A stretch of DNA of 54,332 nt, from assembly GCA_010093605.1 (NCBI GenBank), contig MU004197.1, positions 1,550,707 through 1,605,038 of the forward strand, given 5' to 3'. Under the pieces are notes generated by a model. That model did not search any database. It was not told the DNA's origin and saw nothing but the letters and a program-made list of their open reading frames with translations. Both the position numbers and the translations under genes were made by a program. This document shows, in pieces, positions 1 to 10,763 of the stretch. The first letter of the stretch is position 1, and every line of letters begins with the position of its first letter. The DNA is from Lophium mytilinum. Its lineage: Eukaryota.

Positions 1-97
1 CTCATTGATATCCGACTTTTCTTTACTCTATCCATTCATTTCTCTACCACCATCCTCCCTCCCTAGCATGACCGCCAGACGTTGACCAACTATCCAG

Positions 98-302
98 CTA
101 CATCCAAATGGCCTTCATGATCGTCGGCTCCGCCGTCGAAGGCGACAAGCGCATGCTCGCCTACGAACACCGGCTGCGGCACCAACGCCGGCAAGCACGG
201 GATCTGGAGCTTTGGAGGCGGTATGAGGCAGGGTTCGAGGAAAGGGGGACGCCGGGGGTGGGTGGGGAGGGAGGCGTGCATCGAGTTGAGGAGGAAAAGT
301 GA
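98..302 (+). CDS. Last exon of a small membrane protein, probably Rcf3-like (mitochondrial); 5' part lies outside the window
   Basis: Branch-like TTGAC and acceptor CAG ending at 97 are followed by the frame YIQMAFMIVGSAVEGDKRMLAYEHRLR...*. This resembles from memory the C-terminal 'IQMS.M..G..IEAD.R...YE' segment of small fungal Rcf3-like proteins; the family assignment is tentative. Confidence 0.55.
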
Positions 303-1290
303 GGGCTGGGAGGGTGGGGGTGGGGGTGGGGCGGGGAAAGCAAGGAGGTCAATTCGAGTATAAGAACTTGGATTCGGAGATTTCTACAGCTCTCGTGATG
401 AAATGAGGGTCTGGGGCGAGGATAGAAGGGTGGCTATGTGTGTTAAGAACGGCGTGTGTTTGTACTGCTTAAGTAACGCTTCATAATTCATACTTTGTTA
501 AGACCTCTCAGATCTTCGCAGTCGAGTCTAACTGCTCGGAGCTCCTGAATTCCTTTCTTCGATCTATGTTACCTTTCAAAGTCTCACGAAATCGTCTTGT
601 ACGGTCAAACTGAAACCTCACCTCACCTCCCACAATCCCTACATAGCCCTTTGACATCTGATGCCAATTCATTCCAAAACCCTAGATTTATATCCAGCCT
701 CTGTCAATCTTAACATTGCCTCGTGAAACCTCGCTACCTGAAGACCGCACATACACCCTCTAAAATCCTACCTCGACATCGCCTGCTATCCCACACGCAC
801 ACTCGCCCCTGGATCCCCCTAGCGCCGAAACCCCGCGTCAAGTCAAGTTATTAGACAAGAACCAGTCCCTCTGCCCTCCCACCCATCCCGGAACGCCTCC
901 CCCCCCCCTATTGGTTCAGACATCGTTTGGGATCGAAATCGTTGCTTGCTATAAGTACATTCATCATCCTCTCTTAACACTTTCCATCCGTCTAAATCAC
1001 TATACAGCGCACAAGTATTCGTTTCAAAACACAACAGTAAACATATTTCCATCTATGATATCCCCACTTCCTCAGGCTTGCTCGTGAAATGTACAAAAGC
1101 CTTGTGTGTATACAAAAAAAGCAAAACCAAGGTATCTCATCTCACACGTACCACCCTTGCATGTAAATACCCAAGAAGCCCTAATCCGGTCCGTTTCCAT
1201 CCCATCATGGTATCCAAAACGCCGTAACCCGCAGATCTAAGAATCCCCCGGCTTTTTCATATTCCAAGCGGCTCCCTTTTCGTTTTTTAG

Positions 1291-4200
1291 TTAGGAGAAG
1301 CGCTTGTGATCCCACCCGCTATGCCCACTCGTCGCCTGCCCACCCGCACCCGGATCCCACCCACCATCCCGATTCCACCCCAGCCCATTCTCGCCAAAAC
1401 TCATCTCCAGCTCCTTCTCAAACGCGCTCGCCTCGCGCACCTGCGCAGGGGACGCTTCAACGACGGACTCCAGATGTTTCCCCGCCCGGTCGCCCATCCC
1501 GCCCCACTCCTCCCCCCTTCCGACCCTTTCATCTTCGTCACCACCAACCAACCACTCCCCCAACTCGAGCTCTTTCTCCGCCGTCGGCGTCCGCTCACTC
1601 CTCACCCTCTCCACTACCCGATTAAGATCCGTCGCTGTATCCGGCCTCTCAAACTCCTCCTCATCAACCTCCAACTCCGTGCTCAGTCCCATCTTAATAT
1701 TATAATTCCGCCCGAGATACTGCTGCAGCCGATACATCTGCCGTCCCCAGCTCTCGTCCACCAACCGTAACGCGGCGTTAATATCCTGGTCGCTGAGCAG
1801 CATACTCGGCGGGGCTTTCGCGCCGTGATGGGAATGCGGATGCGTTTTCGACCCTGACGTTAGTAGTTTCGATTTCGTGTATTTCGACAGCGAGGAGATG
1901 GTGGTGGAGGAGCGACGGGGTGGTTCGATGCCCCCGTCATCGCGCATCTGCTTGACTTGGTCTTCGGTTTGCTTGAGCGCCATTAGGCGGCTTTCTTCCA
2001 TGGTGGGGAGGTACTGCAGCGTCGTGTTGCGGTGCAGCGCGTTGACCAGATCCGTAAACCCTGGCAGCCCGATACCGTTATTCTCGCAGTGCAGCTCCAG
2101 CAGCGTCGCGTTGGTCTTCAGCACATCCGCCAGCGTTGACGCCCCCTGCAGGCCCAATTTCTGGAATTGGATGTTCAAGATCTCGAGCGTGCGGTTGCGC
2201 TCGAGCCCGCGCAAGGCTTTGTTGATCCCAACGCCCAGCTTCGTCGTCTCGAGCCGCGAGTCCTCGCCCGACATATCGAGAAATACAAGCGTCGTGTTCT
2301 CGGCGAACATCATTTCGAGAGCGTGGCAGGTTTCGTCGTCGGCGTCGCAGGGCAGCGAGGCCCGCGAGATGTCGAGGGCGCGGATGGTGCGGTTAGTTGC
2401 GAGCGCGATGATGAGCTGGCGGAACTCGGCTTCTTCTTCGAACTCGATCAGGCGGATCGTGAGGCTGGAAGGCGCGAGGCCGCTGGCGATGGCGGTCGTA
2501 AGTTGGTCGAGGTTTTGCTCGATGTTGTTTTCGCTGACGTCGAGGTGGAGTTCGCGTGCTTGGCCGGGCTTTTCCGTCATCGAGTGCATGAGGTAGGCGA
2601 CGTCTTTGCCGGTGAGGTAGCAGTGGTCCAGGCGGAGCTCGCGGAGGGCTTTGGATTGTTTGTAGTCTAGGAGATAGCTGGAGACTGGTTAGTATTTGCG
2701 CGCTGCTTGGGAGAATATCACACATGGTAGACTTACGATGCAATTGAGTCAACCATTGCGTTGTTGAGCGAAGTGCCGCTAAGTACCAGCTCTTGCAGCC
2801 GCCAAACTCGAAATGTCTCATACGAAATGAGTGGCTCAGATCCTGATGTCCTGGCAACGTGCGCGAGGTTGAGTTTTGTGATGTATGCAAAAGACCCAAT
2901 CTGGGAGTCGAAAATAGCAGGTGACAATCGGAAAGGATTCTGAGAGATGTTGATAGCCTCAAGGGTGATTTCTTGCGGTCGTAGAGAGTCAAGCAGAAGA
3001 GACAATGTTCGATCTGTCAACCCACATCCACTCAACTCAAGTGCGCGGAAATGACAAGCTCGTTCCACAGCTGCCGCAACCAAATAATCGAAATCCGTTT
3101 CGCCCAACTCGATATTGTTCAGGGCTATCCAATCAACGTTCGTCGTCTGGTACTTGCATAACGGGAAGAGTGCTTCCACAATTCCGCATCCAATGTCCCG
3201 GTCTTTGTTTCCCGTATCTTCGTAATTGCGTGGTTTCCTTGATATGCAAGACGAAAAGTCCATTCTTCTTAGCTTCCGGCTAGTGACTGCCATGGCGCGA
3301 ATTTCCTGGACAAGAAGACAGGATCTCTCAAGCTCCTCTACGTCCATCCGGACTAGTGTTCCACGCTTAGTCTTGATACAGACGTGCTCGGTTCCATATC
3401 TATCCTCGAGGCCATTCAAAACATCCAGGTGGACATCTTTGAAACTCAGGCCGCAAAAGGATTCGTTATAGCGTAGGGCTCGCATGACGGAAAGAAGTTC
3501 TAGAGCTGTGTATTCGTTGTTTCGTCGATTGACTGGCGGCATCAACTCAAAACGAGGAGAGTCTTCGTCGGGATACGTAATTTGGTACCGAATGTTTTCC
3601 GGGTTCACGCCGTAGGCAATGCAGTATCCAATAAGCGTACGGTCAAGGGAGTCGCTGTCTATCGGATGTGGACTACTGTTTCGTAGAATATCGCGTTTGA
3701 CATCATCAGGGACGTCAAAAGTGTATGGACGTGACTCCCACTCTGGTCGCATGTTCTCCTCAACATAGCGTAGCCGTACCGCGATATCATGTGAAGCGAG
3801 CGATGCTAGATAAAGTACCTTCGGTCTCTCGAGCGGCTTTCTGCTCAGATATTAACAACGGTCTTGTTCATTAGGCTATAGACTTACCGAAAGGTTAATT
3901 CGAAGCTGTCATCCTTCTCGCTGACTTTGAGCTCCGTGATTGTAAGGATACCATAAGACGACTGGGCGTTCTGAGAGGCTAGAGAAGTACCAGACGGTCG
4001 TTGAGGTCTGAACAATGGGATCAGATGTACCTTGTGAACCCCGATAGCAAGAAAGCACACAGTACTAATAGCCTTGGAAAGATCATCGGAAGAGGACCGT
4101 GACCCAGTCTTTCCAAGCGGGCGCTGAACCACCTTGTATATGGCATAATTTGGCGGCACATAGTCAAACTCCCTTTCCACGACGCGGGCACACAGTTCCG

Positions 4201-5122
4201 AGTTCATGTCGGAGAGGGGGTTTAGGTCTGCGAGTCGGACGCGATTGGCTGCTTCTCGGATAGCGGCTAGCCAGACTTTCATATCTTCAGGATCTCCAAA
4301 TTGAAGTGTCATAGAGGACGCATGGTTAGTCTCGTCGTCAAGATGAGTAACCTCAATTGCAAAATGAGGACGTCCGTCGTCGAGGTCGTAGACAGCCACA
4401 ATTTGCCGCAGAGGCGTGCCCATCTCACGATCACCTGAGGCCTCCGAGGGCGCCGACTTGAACTCATGAGACCCGGCAGAGGGGCTTTGACTGTGACGAA
4501 CATTCACGTTCGAAAGTCCTCGAGATAGGGGGGAAGGAATGCTAAGATAGTGAGCTTTAGGAGATTTGGGAGGGAAGCGAGGGTTAACTTGCGCGTTGAA
4601 AATCTCGGAAGCTTTGTGGTGACTTTTGAAGCGGACTAGATGCGTTTCTGTCAGGACCAGGTACTCTTTCTTCTTCCTGAACATGGAACTGCTCGTCTGA
4701 ACTTCCCCATGGTGCAAAACATGGCGGTTGCGGAATGTGTCGTCCAATTGGCTCATATTCACGGATGGTGTTTTGATCGAGGTGGGCGTCCGGGCTTCTT
4801 CATAATCGTCAAGGGATCTCAAAGATCGAAGTGAGCCAAATCTAGATGTTCGGCCACTGCCCCGGCTTCCCGCAAAAGGTGGCCTGACAGGTGAACTCGG
4901 ACTAGTTCCTCCATCTCCGAAAGGATCCTCTTCTCCAATGTGGACAGACGTTTGGAGGTTGGTCAGGAGCGAGTTTGTCCTCCGCTTCCTGAGCAGGTTC
5001 GCAGGCTCGTCCTTGTCTTTTTCGGCTTTATCGTGAATTGGCGTGAGTGAACTGAGAGCAGTGCGACCAAAGATACTGCGTCGTTTGCGGACATCCTTTC
5101 CCTCTTTCGCGGATTGGGGCAT
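1291..5122 (-). CDS. Large PH-like domain + RNI-type leucine-rich-repeat protein (4 exons)
   Basis: ATG 5122. Introns 4542-4592 (GC-AG), 3841-3887 and 2678-2736 join ORFs 3884-5134, 2733-3752 and 1291-2589 in frame (junctions FNA|IP, FR|KPLE, AS|YLLD). PH-like segment 'KKKEYLVLTETHLVRFK...WLAAIREA'; LRRs such as 'LELSGCGL', 'INISQNPF', 'LDVSENNI', 'LHCENNGIG'. Confidence 0.85.
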
Positions 5123-6116
5123 GGTGGAGGTCACGCCTAAGCTCGCCCGAACTTTGCCAATTATTTCTTATGCTGGGTAGGAAATGTATAGTCAGGATGT
5201 AACTCGGCAAATATCCAAGGGTCGTGAAGAAGCCAATGTCCCGCGGCCTCCCCTTCCGATTGTTCGCGGCAAGGGTACAGGCCCCAGGGAGGATGTAGAT
5301 TTGGTATGCCAATCACGCGGCCGTTTCAAGGTCGTGCAATGGTGGGGTATACGGCGGAAAGAGAGGTCGACTGGCGCGATTGGAAGCGCGGGACACGCAG
5401 GAGAGCAAGCCAGGGAAGGTTGACGGGCACAGGAGCATCAGCAGAAGGTGCAGTACCTGCCAGGTCCATAGTTAGTATTTGAAGCAGCATGGACGGCGGG
5501 GAGGGTGGTGGCGTGAATGGCAAGTTGGGGTGAGGTCGAAAAGGTAGCGTACCTGTACAAAGCTCCCCGGCCGGTTTTCATGCTTGCATCATCAGCAGCT
5601 CGCCGGCAGAGAGCGGTGATGTTCGCGCCCAATCAGCTTGGAGGCGGTGTCGCGGGGGTGAGGCCAAGATGTAGATTGCAGATGGTTTCGGTGTTTATGC
5701 AACCGTGATGCGCCCAGAGCGACGGAAGCGGTGAGCGGCACCAGACACGAGAGAGCAGCAATTCAATACGGGCACGCGGGCAGGGCGCAAGAGCAGCCAC
5801 AGCCGCCGCGATGCCTCTCTTGTTGTGGCCGACACGCGTCGAGCACCGGAACACAGCGGCCTCGACCATCCCAGCCTTCGCGATCTCCCCTGCAGCCAAT
5901 CACCGACTCGGCTTCCCTCTGACGACGGCGCTCGACATCGGCTGTCTGGATATTTCACGTGATCTCCCACCCTCCTTCCGTCGCCGAGATGGACCCCGAC
6001 TGCACGGCCCGACCCTTTCGCCGACCCTTCCCAAAGTTTTCTCGACGACAGGAGTCGGCCTGCGCGTATCTACTCCCTCGACCCAAGACAGCTGTTCCGT
6101 CTCAATATCGGCTGGA

Positions 6117-9092
6117 ATGCTCGGCCGCAGCATCGCACGCGTTTCCCGCTCCTCCAATCCCTACGTCTGCCTCTCCTGCCAGACCAAGCACCTCTCAACA
6201 CGCCACCAGACGCTCCTATACTCCACCACCACCAATGCCGACAGGGACCATGTTGACCTTCCTAGCGCCGTCGCCGGCAGTAGTCAAAGCCAGTCTTTCT
6301 CCAACCGCGCATCGCCGGCCGCTGGTTCGGAGAAGAAGGGAGGGAGACGGTTTCGCAAAGACAATGACTTTTGGAGCGCCACGCTTGATGCCCTGAAACG
6401 ACCTGAGAAGAAGGACACAAAAGCAAACAAGATCGAGTCTAACGAGGATAAGCATTCAAAGGCAGCAGGGAAGAAGTCTCAAGCGACAGAGAGTTCGAAC
6501 GCAGAAAGACAGTCTGAAGAGAGTAAAAGTTCACAGGCCGAAGGGAGGAAGGCAGAAGAGACGGCTAATGCAATGGTCGAGGAGAAAGTGTTAGGGGTCA
6601 GTAAAAGGAGGAACAGGCCGGGCCAGCAAGTTCGGAAAAGGCTATGGTTAAAAGAGGCGGCAAGAAAGGCGACACAAGAGATGGACAGGGCAAAGGCGGC
6701 AGAGGCAGCGAAAGCTCTATCTACAAGGAAAAAGGCCATACCGTCCCGAATACGGCGCGTTGGCTCGGGTCAGAAGAGCGATGTGACGGGCGACGCTACG
6801 ACCCCAGCCCCCAGCATAGACCAACAGAAGACGTCCCTCGACCAGCTCAGCCAGAATCCGTTGCGACGCGGTGAGGGTCGTCTAAGAAAGCGAGTCGGAA
6901 GCGCAGAACGAGAAAAGAAATCGTTAGACACCACTCAAACAGTCAAGGATCTCGTGAACGAGAGGCTTAGAGAGATTATTGCAAAGGACGCGGTCGCTCC
7001 TACAAGAAAGGACAGAAATATAGCAAACGTGGACGGATTCAGCTCTCTTCAGGACGCATTGAAGGGCACAGCGTCACGACGGGGTCCAGTGGACATCAAA
7101 CGGATGTCAGCAGACGAATTGCATTTCACTCCAGTAGATGTTGAAGTCCCTCCTGTACCTACTCTGGCCCATGGACTTGACAGGGTCCTTTTCAACCCGG
7201 GTGTCTATCACCTCCAAGACCCACGATCTCGCGTTTACAACTTCGATCCATATCTTGAAAAGATCATGCCAGCCACCGAGTTCGATTTCGATTCTCTGGA
7301 AAAGTACATGACGTCCTCCAAAGACCAAGGACTCATCAATATGGCGAAAACTCTAGACGCTAAATTCACGGGCTCGACTTCAAGCATGTCTGGCGTCTTG
7401 ACTCACTTCCACTATCTGCTTTCACAATGGCGCAAACTGAACCTCAGCATGCTCTCAAAGGAGTTTCCTGAACTTACAGACAAGTTCAGCAAAATCCAAC
7501 GTTCTCCCACTGCAATATTCTTGCGTTGGAAAGATGGCACGTATGCCATTGATGCCGACAAGGAGTTCGATACCCCGAACATCATGAGCTGGCTTGGCCA
7601 ATCTATGGAAAAGCTTTTGACCAACTCGCCTGATAAGTTTGAGCGCTACCGGAGAAGCAATCCGGAGGAAACACCTGCTGATGATGATGGCAAATGCTTC
7701 CATTACACCCAACAGGGTAAAGTCCTGATGCGATCGCAGCTTGATGCCAAGGATCCAAGATTGCCGGGCACGGGTATTTTTGACTTGAAGACTAGGGCGG
7801 TTGTCTCGGTGCGAATGGAAGCTAGTGAATTCCAGCATCGTTCGGGCTACCAGATTCGCAATCTTCGCGGAGAGTGGGAGTCTTTCGAGCGCGAGTACTT
7901 TGACATGATCAGGGCGACCATGTTGAAGTATTCCTTGCAGGTTCGCATGGGCAGAATGGACGGTATCTTCATTGCTTTCCACAACGTCGAGCGCATTTTT
8001 GGATTCCAGTACGTTAGCAAGGCGGAAATGGACCTGGCCCTTCATGGCCAGGAGGAGGCGTGTCTTGGGGACCAGGAGTTCAAGCTTAGTGTCGAGCTCT
8101 TGAGTGAGATTCTTGAAAAGGCAACGAAGAAGTTCCCTAAGCAGGTAAGTCAGGGATACAAAAAATATACGGACTCGTCCTTACCATCACAGTCCATCCG
8201 ATTGCACTTCGAGACACGCGATGTCCAGGTTCCGTTCATGTACGTTTTCGCCGAGCCTGTATCTGAAGAGCAGGTTGAGGCCATCCAGAACAAAAATCAA
8301 AAGATCATCAAGGAATTTGAAAAGTCCGTTGTTGGCATAGTCAGCGAGGAAGAGGAAATGCAGCAGGAATGGGGTGAGATCAACACCCGCATCGAGGCGG
8401 AGCTTGAGCAAGATCAAGAAGGCAAGGCCGAAGTCGAAGACGAAGAAGCCCCTGTTACCCAACCTGTAGAAGATGTCGAGGCCGAAGAAGATCCCATCAC
8501 AGACGACATAGCGGAAACTGAAGAGAAAGTCGACCCATTGGCGAACGCCGCGTCCATCGTGGAATCTCTCGATGCTTCCTTGCCAGAACCCGCCGAAGAC
8601 ACCGTTCTTGGCCTCACTCTCACCGTTCGCAACAAGGTAAACGGAAATTATGTCAGCCGTCCAACGAACTTGTCCCCGGCCGAAGAATGGGCCATTGAGT
8701 ATAGCCTTAGCGAGATTCCGGCAGAAAACGGACGCGCAGTTCGACTGCTGCAATCACTCAAAGCCCGTCGCCAGAAAGCATTAATTCGCGAGGCGGTTGA
8801 TGAAAACGCAAACAATTATTACAGTAAGATCTTACAAGACTTCAGCAACAAGGGCCGAGCGTGGCGCACCAAGATGGATGAGCGCGATGCCGAACAAGAG
8901 AAGCTGGTGTATACACCGCTTGGTATGGACAAGGAGAACGTCGTGGCGCAAATGGGGCCGTGGCTCCGGAATGATGAGGGCAAGCAGGATTCCACTGTTC
9001 CAGAGGAGCCGGAAGTCAAGGTTGAAAACCCTGAGGAGTACATGGAGTGGCTGTATAGTAATATGGGTAATGTGAAGAATGGAGGGGCATAG
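6117..9092 (+). CDS. PET127: Mitochondrial RNA-processing 5'-3' exonuclease Pet127
   Basis: Conserved Pet127 blocks 'L.HGLDRVLFNPGVYHLQDPRSRVYNFDPYL', 'MRSQLDA.DPRLPGTG.FDLKTRAV', 'MLKYSLQVRMGRMDGIF.AFHN'. The Arg/Ser-rich presequence-like start MLGRSIARVSRSS is at 6117 (the ORF is open from 5811). Probable in-frame intron 8145-8192 (GTAAGT...CAG). Confidence 0.93.
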   Translation: MLGRSIARVSRSSNPYVCLSCQTKHLSTRHQTLLYSTTTNADRDHVDLPSAVAGSSQSQSFSNRASPAAGSEKKGGRRFRKDNDFWSATLDALKRPEKKDTKANKIESNEDKHSKAAGKKSQATESSNAERQSEESKSSQAEGRKAEETANAMVEEKVLGVSKRRNRPGQQVRKRLWLKEAARKATQEMDRAKAAEAAKALSTRKKAIPSRIRRVGSGQKSDVTGDATTPAPSIDQQKTSLDQLSQNPLRRGEGRLRKRVGSAEREKKSLDTTQTVKDLVNERLREIIAKDAVAPTRKDRNIANVDGFSSLQDALKGTASRRGPVDIKRMSADELHFTPVDVEVPPVPTLAHGLDRVLFNPGVYHLQDPRSRVYNFDPYLEKIMPATEFDFDSLEKYMTSSKDQGLINMAKTLDAKFTGSTSSMSGVLTHFHYLLSQWRKLNLSMLSKEFPELTDKFSKIQRSPTAIFLRWKDGTYAIDADKEFDTPNIMSWLGQSMEKLLTNSPDKFERYRRSNPEETPADDDGKCFHYTQQGKVLMRSQLDAKDPRLPGTGIFDLKTRAVVSVRMEASEFQHRSGYQIRNLRGEWESFEREYFDMIRATMLKYSLQVRMGRMDGIFIAFHNVERIFGFQYVSKAEMDLALHGQEEACLGDQEFKLSVELLSEILEKATKKFPKQVSQGYKKYTDSSLPSQSIRLHFETRDVQVPFMYVFAEPVSEEQVEAIQNKNQKIIKEFEKSVVGIVSEEEEMQQEWGEINTRIEAELEQDQEGKAEVEDEEAPVTQPVEDVEAEEDPITDDIAETEEKVDPLANAASIVESLDASLPEPAEDTVLGLTLTVRNKVNGNYVSRPTNLSPAEEWAIEYSLSEIPAENGRAVRLLQSLKARRQKALIREAVDENANNYYSKILQDFSNKGRAWRTKMDERDAEQEKLVYTPLGMDKENVVAQMGPWLRNDEGKQDSTVPEEPEVKVENPEEYMEWLYSNMGNVKNGGA

Positions 9093-9452
9093 ACCTCGGT
9101 ATGACTGGGCATTGGGATTGTTCTGTATAACATCAAAAGGCGGTGCATTGGAACAGGGCTGTACACTACACTTTCGGCATTATCTAGGGCTCCTTCGCAT
9201 TGGGTCACGACGGGCATTCGGCATGTAATTGTATCTGTAGACTACCCAAGTAATTCAAAAGACTGATGTTAGACTATAAACTGTACATGATGTATTTTTC
9301 ATTCGTCTGATTTGAGTCGAGCTCGGACGCTGCTGGAAGAAATATTCGCCGTCTTCCGACCGTGCCGCTCAGGGAAAAGCCACTTCTCACCTCTCTTCTT
9401 GTGCCTCCAGGCTGCTTCGCAGTCCACTCCCACAATCTCTCCACCAGCAACC

Positions 9453-10763
9453 ATGGACGTCTTTTGGACCCTCCCGCCCGTTTCGAGGTCAGTAACCGCT
9501 CCAGTCTGCCTCTCGAACATTCGCATTCTCTAGGCATGCAACCATATCTGATGCTGATCCTAGAACCATCACAGCAGCCACCGTCGCCGTCTCCGCGCTG
9601 GTCTATGGCGGCCTGCTGTCCGCGGAACCGCTCCTCTTCGCTCGGGAGTACCTGTGGCTACTCCCGCCTCAGATATGGCGTATAGCGACCGCTTTCCTTG
9701 TGACGAAGCCGAAGCTATCGATCATACTTGACCCATACTTCTGTACGAAAGCATTGCATCTGCTGCTTATCCGGCCACATAGCTAAATCTGCCAGTGTAC
9801 ACATATGCAAGCTCCCTCGAGACCGAATCTCCCCGCTTCACTGCACCCGGAGATTTCTTCACCTACCTCATCTTCGTAGCCCTTCTCATCGTGGTATGTC
9901 GCGCCGCAACCAGCTTCTCTTTCTCAGCCCCCATTTCACACACTCCCCCAAATCAAGCACCTGTTGTACACGCTACACCGTCCGAAACCTCTAAACTGCC
10001 CGCCCAGCCCACCCTCAGTGGCTGCCGCGGTTCCTGAACAGAGGGAGATTACCCCCGCGCTTCGCACACCCCATCATTCGCAATCATAAAACAAACCGGG
10101 GTTGTGTGCGGCGTGGGCATGGTGGGAAATGCCATTTGAGAAAGCCCCGCGGACCCCGAGTTCCGACGGTGGTGGTGATGGCTCCCTACAAATTATCCCC
10201 TACGCCCCCTTCTCATTACACAAATTATCACGCCCGATCGCATAATATGCATTATTCGGAGTGCGACGAATACGATGCTAATGAAACGGCAACAGGCATC
10301 CTCCGGCCTCGCCCTCCGAGGCTACTTCTTCTTGCAACCCCTCACCCTCGCCCTCGCCTACACCTACTCGCAGGACAACCCACACCGCAAGGTCTCCTTC
10401 TTCATCCTGACCTTCGACGCCATGTACCTGCCGTACAGCATGCTCTTCCTGACCTTCGTGCTCGAGGGGCCGGGTGCCGCGTTGCACCAGTCTATGGGTC
10501 TGTTCGCGGCCCACGCGTTCGATTTCCTGACGAGGATTTGGCCGACTTTTGGTGGTGGGAGGAACTATATCCAGACGCCGATGTTTGTGAAGAGGGCGTT
10601 TGGGGCGGATAGCCCGGCGCCGAGGCAGAGGGGGTATGGTACGGCGGTTCCGGCGAGGGATGCGTCCGCCGCGCCGGGGGCGCAGAGGGCGACGGGGAGG
10701 GCGTTTGGGTTTGGGGGGCAGTGGGATGGGAGGGGGCCGGGGAGGAGGCTGGGTGGGGAGTGA
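9453..10763 (+). CDS. Derlin (Der1/Dfm1 family ERAD rhomboid pseudoprotease), 4 exons
   Basis: Exons 9453-9487, 9564-9742, 9796-9893 and 10296-10763 give MDVFWTLPPVSRT...PPQIWRIATAFL (WR motif)...YLPYSML...GLFAAHAFDFL and a C-terminal SHP-box-like 'GRGPGRRLGGE'. All introns are GT-AG with branch sites. Confidence 0.9.
10025..10152 (+). ncRNA. Candidate structured intronic RNA (possible atypical box C/D-like snoRNA) in derlin intron 3
   Basis: Lies in a 402-nt intron. Closing stem CCGCGG 10025-10030/10147-10152; long internal stem 10054-10072 with 10098-10117; C'-like GAGGGAGA at 10041 and D-like TTGA at 10136. Confidence 0.5.

Noticed and set aside
1306..2670. Long plus-strand ORFs antisense to the LRR gene (also those antisense to PET127, ADH, promethin and RPA49)
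   Set aside because: Shadow ORFs caused by GC-rich codon bias on the coding strand; they contain no recognisable motifs.
10025..10152. TPP riboswitch, RNase P/MRP RNA or U14 as the identity of the derlin intron element
   Set aside because: It lacks the TPP core (CTGAGA...TGATC.GG.TAAT.CC.GCG). GGTGGGAAAT and GAAAGCCCC only loosely resemble P/MRP CR-I and no CR-V is seen. The CATTCGCA match to U14 domain A is only 8 nt, with no canonical C/D boxes or domain B.
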